Of a DNA stretch of 64,000 nucleotides, positions 53,231-64,000 are shown piece after piece. Position 1 is the first letter of the stretch. Each line of letters opens with the position of its first letter. Where the stretch lies: assembly GCA_951406725.2 (NCBI GenBank), contig OX597824.1, positions 58,528,001-58,592,000 of the forward strand, read 5' to 3'. The translations under genes and the position numbers were made by a program. This DNA is from Octopus vulgaris. Its lineage: Eukaryota. Below the pieces are notes generated by a model, which did not search any database, was not told where the DNA came from, and saw only the letters and a list, made by a program, of their open reading frames with translations.

Positions 53231-54404
53231 TTGCCATTTAATACCTGGTAAAAGTAATAGAAAACAACATTTTATATGCATACCGTCTTACTGTGCAATA
53301 AGATAATAGCATTTCGCAATTATATGTACCTAGATAACAAAACATCATCGAGAATCATGGTGTATGCTGATACCAACACATTTTGATTGCAAGTAATGTG
53401 GGGGTCTACATTTCTCCTTATTTGTGCCTTATCAAATACTGTTCGTCTGATGTTTTGGTCTTTCTTTTGTCTCTCAATTTCTAAATCTACATTGGAAGTG
53501 CCGTGGTATTATCTTCGAGGTGGTGACAAAATTAGAGTTGTGTGAAGAAAATAATGTGGTCTCTGTCGTATGAACAGAAAAACGAAATCATTCGCCACAC
53601 TACGCTTAAATTATATTTAAAAATTCAGACACAAAGTGATATGGTCTCTGTCTTATACGCATAAACAAATTATTTGCTACTCTGTCTCTAAACGAAAGAA
53701 AAATATTTTCCCAGTGCCAATACAAGCTCCGGTTCTTCCTCGGGAGTCTCAATCAAAGAATTCATGACGATGAAGGCTGAATCAACTGAATTAATCCCCT
53801 CGACGTAAGGGAGTACTTGCAAAACTTTCTTACAAGATTTGCATCGCAAATATTGATTCCCGTGCAATCTACCGATAGGTTTAGTAAAAGAAAGGCTACA
53901 GTCAACGAAACCGCAGTTCAAGAGCACGCATAAACACATACACAGATACATGTACATGAGGGAGGGAGAGGGGGAGAGAGAGGGAGAAAGAGAGACTATG
54001 TGTTTGTTTGTTTATAACTCGTCGGTGTTTGTATATTGTTGGTGAAAATGTTCTTTAGACCCGGGTCTAACCTGATCCAGTAAATATATGATCGACAGAT
54101 TTCCATTTGTGCACATGCCGCCTGTTATTTTTTGAGGCTGTGGGCGCTAGAATAAGTAAAGTGTCATTCGTCGCTACTTTTAGCAGATTCATTGGCCACG
54201 AAGGGGTTTCTAGTATTGATGTCGGTGATTAAGAGGTTCGCAGCGATGATGATGCGTGTAATGGTACTGGTGGTGGAGGTGAGTGCGATGCTTTCAATGT
54301 TGCTATAGGTATGTGGATGGCGGCTGAGAAAAAGTGTAATGATAATAATGCGGGTCATTATGATGCTGGTAGCGGTGGGAGTGTCGATGATTAACAGAGA
54401 AATT

Positions 54405-54910
<506 letters not shown>

Positions 54911-55408
54911 AGATGATTACAGTTATTAACTGATTTATGATGTGATGGAGTGTATTTATTGAATCATTTCTACAGTATTATCGAATTAACAAGAGCAACA
55001 ATGCTGAAAATTACCGTCAAGCCCCATACAGACCCCGTTCCACCCACAAACCAACGCAACACGCCAGCACCTACACATACCAACATACAAACAGTCAGTC
55101 CAAATCATATATATTTGTGTGTATGTGGGTGGGTTGTGGGTGTCTATGCATATATATATACAGTTAGACTAATATTCCCTGCCAAACTCACATTCACGTG
55201 CAGACACATGTATACAAAGAAACTTCCACATATGAGTATGTGTGTATGTGTGTGTATACACATATACACACACATACATATATGCACATATGCACACATA
55301 CGTAAGTACATACACGAACATTACCATCCATCCTTTTTACTTGATTGACTTAATTCCTGTTGTCCTTTCTCCCCCACCCTTGCTACCCTTCTGTGTGTGT
55401 GTGTATGC

Positions 55409-55449
<41 letters not shown>

Positions 55450-55471
55450 CACACACATATATATATGTATG

Positions 55472-55512
<41 letters not shown>

Positions 55513-55591
55513 ACATATGTATTTGAGCCCCTTCATCTCTCACCTATCCACCCATATTTAGTGTTTTCTCTTAACTATTCTTTCTTTTTCT

Positions 55592-55628
<37 letters not shown>

Positions 55629-55679
55629 TATATATTATATAGATGTATATATATATATATGCATATATACATATGTATG

Positions 55680-55746
<67 letters not shown>

Positions 55747-56296
55747 ATGTATGTATGTATGTATATATTTGGTATCATTGTAGTCTTGTTTGTTTGTTTA
55801 GTTCTGCCTTTCTGCCTGTAAATGACACATTTATCGGCCATAAACCACAATGCCATCTGTAAAATGCTAACACATTTATGGTCAAGTCTTTAATTAAAAC
55901 TGAACTATTTCTGGCCGAATGCTACCATTGCTGCATACCATACTATTACTAACATAATTCTCCAGTTAATTTGGTCAGCAATTAGTCATTATAACAACGA
56001 TTATTGAATAAGAAAACTTGCTAATCCCCTATAATAATTAATTATATATTTGTTATTATTTGCCATTTTCCTCCTGTTTTGTCTGTTGTTTCTTGTAATT
56101 GGTGTTTTTTTGTTTATCTCTTTGCCGCCATTTCTGTGCTGTATTAACATATGGCGGAAGTGAAAGTACGATGGCTGTGTTCGGTTAGAGACTCATTATG
56201 TCTCGAGTTCAGACATTCTGTTTGTGCTTTCTCTTTTCCCGCCAACGCTCTTAAGTTTGTGTATGAAATCAGACACACGCTTCTGCTGCACACACT

Positions 56297-56346
<50 letters not shown>

Positions 56347-56677
56347 AACACACATGTACACATCTCCGGTTGAAAGAGTTGTATTGAGCATGTTATACAT
56401 TTTTATTACAAACTAAAAATTACACAAGCATGCAGATACACTCATATTAACACGCACATGTTAACCCGCATATTCTTTTTATTGTTCTACTGGTCTTGGT
56501 AATTTTGTAGCTGTAAAAACTAAAAGGAGCCCATAACTAAAGAGCAGATAAGTAGCAGATACAGTAGAGTACATAAAAAGAGTTGACTAGCATGCTCAGT
56601 AGGGTACTTCCGGTATTTATTTGCAATCTTCTTTGGTTGAACCAGGATATAGTCAAACTAATATTCACTGAACCCGG

Positions 56678-56735
<58 letters not shown>

Positions 56736-59159
56736 GTTGCTAATATACGTTACAAAATTTGTATTATGCAATGTGTTGCAGCAAAAGACCAACAGTGAAG
56801 TTGGAGTTCTGTTGGAAAAAATCTCCTTTACTATTTACACCATCTTTTAGCAAAGATATGAAGGTTACACTTTCTCCGCTGCGAGTATATTTTTCTAAGT
56901 ATGATTTACTATACCCTTCAGATTTCAAGATGACACTGTATAGTTAATTAAACCATCCCGTGTATATTACTTCTACTTGTTTTATCGATCCTGGAGGAAT
57001 GAATAACAAAGTCGAAACATATGTGACCCAGATTTCCCATACTCCATTCCGTAACTCTTGTATTCTTTTTCGTTCATTCGGCAACCCTCCTGGTTGCCTA
57101 CCGAGGAATATAAAAAGAACTTTTTCTCACCTCATCGTAATTCGATAAAAGACAACAAATCCTCAACCTTCCGTCTTAATAAACCTGAAAGTTGTTTGTT
57201 TTTATATTTACTACGGATTGCTCGAAAGTAACTTTCTTCTCACACCTCGTTCTCTGGATCTTACATTTATATAAATGTGTGTGTGTGCGCGCGCGCATCG
57301 TACGTCGGACTGACCGCAAGATAAACTTGTGAGATTGTATTAATCATTTCACATTTTTGGTCTAGCGGGAAAAGGAGGACCTCATCTTTAAAGCACAAAT
57401 CGATTTTATTAGTTCTAACCAATTAGGGTCTTATGAAAGATTTGTTAATTATTTCTGTCCATTGAAGGAACAGTTGTTGTATATACTATTTAAGTAAACA
57501 CATACACGGTTATGCAAATTTTGTTTCCTTCGAGATTGTGTTTATTATAAAAATAGTCATAATCTAGTATTTTCTCGATAGGCAGAAATTAGCAACCGAT
57601 TTCTTATAAGGTTTTAATAAATGTGGAACTAATCAGTTTGGTCTCCTTCGCTTGACACACTGAGGACAATCTGTGGAACAAGTGCGGTATGTACGTTATA
57701 CGCACAAAATTAAAATAGAAAATGTTACACAAAAGACACATACTTGTAAGTTTATCTTCTATCTTAGCTTCACCTTCACACGTTAACGACACATGCAGTG
57801 TTATACAAATGAGGTAGAGTAGATTGGTTTTGTATAAGCTTGTATACATTATTAACTGTAATCTGCTGGGTTCTTTTTCTCCGGAGATGGTGCAACTGAA
57901 TGCAGTTATAGTAATTATTGAAAATAATGTGACTTGAGATTCAAAGACAATGTTTTAGTTTTCCATTCTGAGCCAAAGACTGTTTAATAGGAGCAAACAG
58001 TCGAAGATTAAACTAACAGCCATAATTACCCTGCGTAGTACACCTACAAATATATTTATTTGTATATATGTGTTTGAGTGTGTGTGAATATGTGTGCGTG
58101 TATGTGCATGTATATATGCATACATACATGTATGTATGTACGCATGTACGTATGTACAAGCTGTTACATGGTTAGGCCTCGGTGACTAAATCGGCAACTC
58201 TACCAAGCATGCTATGTAAGGAGGGGGTGTTTGCGCTAGTCACTCTCCCTGACGAAAAGCAAAATCTGTCAAAGGAAGAAATAAACTCAGTAAAATGAAC
58301 GGCCAACCAACAGCTGGGAGTTAAAGACCTGTAGTCTTTGTTTAGATATTACTCCGGGAGAAGGAAACATTTTCTTTGGGGGCAAATACGTATAATGTTT
58401 TAATAGTGGTATTGATCCTCTTCAAAGCGTTTCTTCACTTTAAAGTGTAGGTATTGCTTGATCTTCAACATCTCAATCGTGTTGCATACTATGGGTTGTG
58501 GTAGCCAATGAAAGAAAAGCATTCAAGGAAAAATTCCATAGTGGAATAAAGGTACGAGTCGACGTGGATTGAAAGCTCTCTGAGTACCGGCTGCAAGAGT
58601 ACCTTGTTGCCATTTCTGTGCAAAAAGTGTAGGTCTCCAAAATGACTGAAATACTAGATCTGTACTGCTTATGTTTACGGGAACCATCAAGCTAGGGCAT
58701 TGCTCGAAATTGGGTTACAGCCATCACTTATGTATATATATTTGTTGTATGCTACCGTTTGAAAATAAGTTCAGCCACAATTTACGGACAAATACTCAAT
58801 ACAGAAAGTAGAGTGGATACATTTAGAATGACTTTTGTAAGACTTGTTACGTTTCTTTCACAGAATTCGTTGCGGACGAATTCTCTTTATCTGCCTGTGT
58901 TTGTGTATATAAACACAAAGAGAGGTGGATTAAGAAATAGAGGGGGAGAGTGAGTGATAAACAATGTGTTGGTTTAAACCAACTGATAACCGCTTTCCCA
59001 ATGTAATATGATGCTGTTAGTAACATTGAGGCCACTAACGTCGAAATGAACCTTTCTGTCAGTAACAATGATAATTTGATAGGAATTTACTAACAAAGAT
59101 TTGAGAGAAAGAGGACAAAAAGCATCATAAAAAAGCTGCAAACGCAGAAATAAAAGAGG

Positions 59160-59234
<75 letters not shown>

Positions 59235-59709
59235 TCGGATAAATAACTACAAAAACGGCGGACAACAAACTGAAATTTCGTCTACTCTCAGTCAGTCGCC
59301 ATCCTCTGCTATCGTGTCAGATGTCTTATCGATGACAAGGTGCAAAATTCTTTTCCCACTTGTCAAAGAAAACACTGAATCCAATGATGATGATGATGAT
59401 GATGATGATGATAGTGGTGATGGCGATAATGATGATGATGATGATGATATCTTTTATTTGCCAGTGGTATCAAATGAGCGAGAATGTCAATTTTGTGAAG
59501 TGTTTACATAAAAAGATAAAAGGAAGAAAGAAGGAAGAGAGAAAAAGATGATATAAAAGTATGCATAATATACAAAATATGTGAAAAGAAGAAAGATGCG
59601 CTCCTGATACAATAGAGCCAATCAAGGAATCCCACAATTCCATGCTCACATTGATCATCAAGGGCACACGCCCTCGCTCAACTATTGTTCCCATATCTAT
59701 AGGTGCTTG

Positions 59710-60300
59710 TTTACATGAGTTGCGTTCACCCTAAACATTTTTGCCACAGTCACCACCTTTACACAAATTTGATAAAGAAAAGTACTTCCTTTCCAAGTCA
59801 ACGATGACTTAAACAAAGAGGATACTTTCTTCTTTGCTTAAGACATCTGTCCTTAATAACTTCAGCCTCAAACAACCTCTCGACAGAGGGACACCGCCTA
59901 CCTCACCTTGTTGATGGAGCTATTCTCAATGGACTCAACCGATACTCGAATTCGGCCTACGCACGGCGATAGAAGTTCGACATAACTTCATAAGTTAGTA
60001 ATACTAGGACGCTTCACGTATGGGTGCAGTGCAGTTTTCTCACACTGCGCGCGTCTCGGACAGTTCTAAATGACAGTGTAGAGTGTACATGCTTGTAGAG
60101 TTTATTGCGATCCAGCAGTAACCCTCAGTAGCTTTACAAGAGCAAGTATTTCTGGATGTTGTCCATATTAGTCCTCCGCCCGAAAATCTCCCGAAACAGA
60201 CCAGCTAGTTCGTCCTCATCGATACTGTTACCTTGTGTTAGTTCTTTATAAATTGTTAAAACATAACTTCCACCGAACGCATTGGCTGACGCTTTGGAAT
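59710..60300 (-). mobile_element. degenerate Tx1/L1-like LINE 3' end
   Basis: CPRRAQCEKTALHPYVKRPSITNL*SYVELL is a decayed CCHC knuckle (CPRC..ET..H...CP...LW). Confidence 0.55.
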
Positions 60301-61089
60301 CTCGTCAGGCGTTGTTCATAAAATAAAAACAACAATAAAGAAAAAAAAAGCGAAATAGAAAACCAACCCATTGCTAATGGCAAAAATGAGCAAATATAAC
60401 TAGAACAAAGTTTGCATGTCGGACAAAATACAAGAGGTCGACTTTGCTTTCATCTTTTCGGGGTCAATAAAAGAAAAAAACAGTCAAGTACTGAGTGGGT
60501 CGATGTAATTGACTGCCCGCCACCACAAAAGTAGGAAAAAGTTCGTGCCTTGTGCCTATAGGAGAAAGAATTATTATTGGGGTGGGGACCAAGCAGAATC
60601 GTCAGCACACCGGAGAGAATGCTGAGTGACATTTCTTCCCGCTTTACGCCGAGGTCAACATTGCCTTTTATCCTTTCGTGGTCAATAATATTAAGTACCA
60701 GTGAAGTACTCGTGTTGTTGGTATCAAAATTCCTCCCCATTAAAATGCTGGCCTTTTGCCAAAACTTGAAACCATTCTATTTATTGTTGTTGTTGCCATA
60801 AAATACAGCGTGAAGCAGTCAAAGGCTGCTGCCACAACTTTCTAGCTGGGGTGTGGCCGAGCTGATGAATAAATGATAAAGACATGAAAATCTAAAAGCT
60901 ATAAACAAATCTATAAAAAAAAAGGAATAAATACTGAAAATAAACTGGTGTATTAGTTTACACTATATCACTGATTGACATTGATGATCAGTATCGATGA
61001 AGCAGTTGGTGTAGGAAGTGTGTGTAAGCGATGAAGAGGATTAGTAATTGTGGCATCGAACGTTCACTCCCTGCTGGACAATTTACGCA

Positions 61090-61305
61090 AATGATTTGCT
61101 TATATTGATCAAATGTTTGTGCCGTGTATTAGTTCACTCACTCCATCAAATTGACGTTGTCTGTACAGTTGCATTGTGCACCACGTGTCAGGTATCAAAG
61201 TGATCGCAGACAAACGCGAGATGAAGTGTACTGGTCTAGAACACACCGCACCACCCGGGCTAGGAATTGAGGGCAACACCCAAACCACTAAGCAATGCGC
61301 CCCAC
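61090..61305 (-). mobile_element. tRNA-derived SINE (internally deleted head)
   Basis: Minus: gggcgcattgcttagtggtttgggtgttg..tcaattcctagcccgggtgg. Confidence 0.5.
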
Positions 61306-61341
61306 AATCGATTATAAAATAATAAATAATAATAATAATAA

Positions 61342-61421
<80 letters not shown>

Positions 61422-61524
61422 GGCCTGCATTTCTGTGGGGAGGGTGACAATCGATCACATCGATCACAGAGCTTGACTGGTCCTTAATTTATCGACCCCG
61501 AAAGGGAAAAGTCGACCTCGGTGG

Positions 61525-61558
61525 AATAATAATAATAATAACAATAATAATAATAATA

Positions 61559-61613
<55 letters not shown>

Positions 61614-61642
61614 GGAGGAGGAGGAGGAGGAGGAGGAGGATG

Positions 61643-61721
<79 letters not shown>

Positions 61722-61730
61722 CGATGATGA

Positions 61731-61764
<34 letters not shown>

Positions 61765-61810
61765 GGTGGTGGTGGTGGTGGTGGTGGTGGTGATGATGGT
61801 GATGATGATA

Positions 61811-61854
<44 letters not shown>

Positions 61855-61860
61855 AATAAT

Positions 61861-61915
<55 letters not shown>
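61525..61915. repeat. compound trinucleotide microsatellite (TAA/GAT/GAG/GGT)
   Basis: Directly visible. Confidence 0.95.
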
Positions 61916-61916
<1 letters not shown>

Positions 61917-62607
61917 GCCTCCCCACCAGAAATTACCAAAAACATGTAATGAAAAGAAATATAACAAGTAACTGCAGAATATACGAAATAGAGAAGAAAC
62001 AATAAATCATATCCTCTTTGGCTACCTAGTCCTGGCTAAGAAGGAATATATTTACAGACCCATATAAACTGGAAGCTATGCCAGCACTATGAAACAACAA
62101 CAGAAGAAAGATGGTATAGGCACACGACAGAAAATGAGAAAGAAACCATACTCCTAGTATATGCCAATACACACAAATAGGGAAATCAAGGCCAATAGGC
62201 CGGATATAGTTGTCAGAGATCACCAAGAAAAAAATGCTTTCTAATCGATGTATCAATACCAACAGATGACAACATTTCTCTAAAAGAAACGGAGAAACTT
62301 TCAAAATACAAAGATCTAGGAATAGAGATAACTTGAATGTGGAGTCTAAAAACAGAAACAAATCCTATCATAGTAGCCATTAGGTATGATAAAAAATATT
62401 CAGACAAATACATAGCAAAAACACCAGAACTAACGAGTATATATAACACACAGAAAATAGCACTACTAGGTACTGAACACATCCTACGTAAAATACTTTC
62501 AATACAGTAAAAATAAGAGCATCACAACAAACTACAGCACGTACCCAATGCACACAGAGCTGTGCTCTGTAGTGCAGTGAAAACACGTGATAAAAACAAG
62601 ACTACTA
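61916..62607 (+). mobile_element. Dong/R4-clade LINE 3' fragment inserted in (TAA)n
   Basis: SLPTRNYQKH..NCRI..ETINHI..LAKKEYIYR..IKANRPDIVVRD..LIDVSIPTDDNISLKETEKLSKYKDL. (TAA)n on both sides. Confidence 0.9.
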
Positions 62608-62679
<72 letters not shown>

Positions 62680-62707
62680 AATAAATTAAAATAATAATGA
62701 TGATAAT

Positions 62708-63265
62708 GCTCTGATGCAGTACCAGACAGTGGCTCTCATGGCTTCTGATTTTAAATGATTGGAAGTATTATCATGTACATTCTTTCGTCTTGGTATAAAA
62801 GATGGGCTACAGCAAATATTCTGCTCAATACCACAGATTTGCTTGTAAGTTGTTTGCCCTTAACCAGTTGACCATGTCCCTTAGTGGCTGAGGATATGTG
62901 CAACTCTGACCACGAGCAGAAGTAATGGGAGAGCACCATAGCGGTGTGTTGAAAGGAATTCTTAGAGGTTTGGATTATTCACCTTTGGAAACATGGGTGG
63001 TTTGTTCAACATCCTTAAACAATCTTTATTCAGGGACCTTTTGAGGAGAATGGGCTACTCGACCAGAAGAAAATTCTTACTGGGCCCCACCTGCAAGGTC
63101 ATGCGCTGTTTATCTTGCTATGAAATCACTATGTCACGCACATATGGTTGTGATGCATGTGCCTGGTGTACCCTTATCAGACAGGTAGTCATAATGGGTA
63201 AACTGGGCTTCGTATATTTTACCGCAGTGTCACTTTGATGGCATGCACCGCTCTCTCACTCAATA
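62708..63265 (+). mobile_element. non-coding interspersed repeat flanked by (TAA)n
   Basis: A ~560-bp non-microsatellite block bounded by aat repeats. Recalled as a common octopod repeat; single copy in this window. Confidence 0.45.
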
Positions 63266-63284
63266 ATAATGTTAATGATAATAA

Positions 63285-63495
63285 TCCTTTTTACTTTCGG
63301 CACAAGGCCTGATTCGAGGTGGGGTATAGTCAATTACATCGACACCAGTACTGAACTGGTATTAATTTTATCGACTCCAAAAGGATGAAAGGCAAAGTCG
63401 ACCTCAGCGGAATTTGAATTCAGAACGTAGAGACCAACGAAATGTCGCTAAGCATTTTGCCCGGTGTGCTAACTATTCAGTCAGCTCACCACCTT
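63285..63495 (-). mobile_element. SINE family A
   Basis: aggatgaaaggcaaagtcgacctcagcggaatttgaattcagaacg..gtgctaac. Confidence 0.8.
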
Positions 63496-63948
63496 TATAA
63501 CAACAATAACAACAACAACTACACTGTGACAATGAACTTTCTGTTTTTACGTTTACAGCGCTGTAAACGTAAACCCGAAAGCGCAGCCCTAGCTCTAAGT
63601 TGTTCGGCTTATCATTAAATCCGTACCCAATAAATTCATAGTCCATTGTCATTTTCTCTTTCCCTAATTCTCGACATTGGAGTTGTGGTCATGCTGGAAT
63701 ATTACCTTCTAGGAGATATTTTATTACATTGACACCAGTATGTTTTTTATCGATAGTCACTTAATCATAATGGATGGATGAAAGTTGAAAAATGGACTTG
63801 AATCGTATTTGAACTCAGGACATATAGGGCGCTAACCGAATGTTGAAATTAATGTTGTTGACGTTCTATCGACAGTGCCATTTTCCCCGCAAGTACGATA
63901 TACATGTATATACACAGACACACGGACACAGACACACACACACACGCT

Positions 63949-64000
<52 letters not shown>

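Noticed and set aside
53688-53957. 89-aa minus-strand ORF with a CxxC motif
   Set aside because: It starts in a microsatellite and has no recognisable domain or splice sites.
58150-58730. Possible RTE 5' UTR/APE N-terminal relic
   Set aside because: Weak similarity only; it cannot be supported by eye.

Overview
This is repeat-saturated, AT-rich eukaryotic DNA. The SINE families and microsatellite load look like a coleoid cephalopod, probably Octopus (an inference from pattern recognition). I found no convincing host protein-coding gene; nearly all ORFs in the track are translations of (AT)n, (CA)n, (ATAC)n or trinucleotide microsatellites. Recognisable elements are tRNA-derived SINEs, non-autonomous Helitrons, a 5'-truncated RTE LINE, Dong/R4-like and Tx1/L1-like LINE fragments, mariner, pogo-like and Sola-like DNA transposon relics, and a solo LTR. 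The main signal is a Penelope-like retroelement (PLE) / hammerhead-ribozyme system. About 14 minimal type-I hammerhead motifs, most with palindromic stem III, lie in short elements beside (AT)n tracts and are repeatedly arranged as head-to-head fold-back palindromes. Examples are a 2.3-kb near-perfect palindrome of a GIY-YIG PLE 3' end (2085-4399) and a non-coding 362-nt terminally redundant, retrozyme-like unit with a U3-A8 core variant (51115-51749). All folds were derived by eye and none is experimentally verified.
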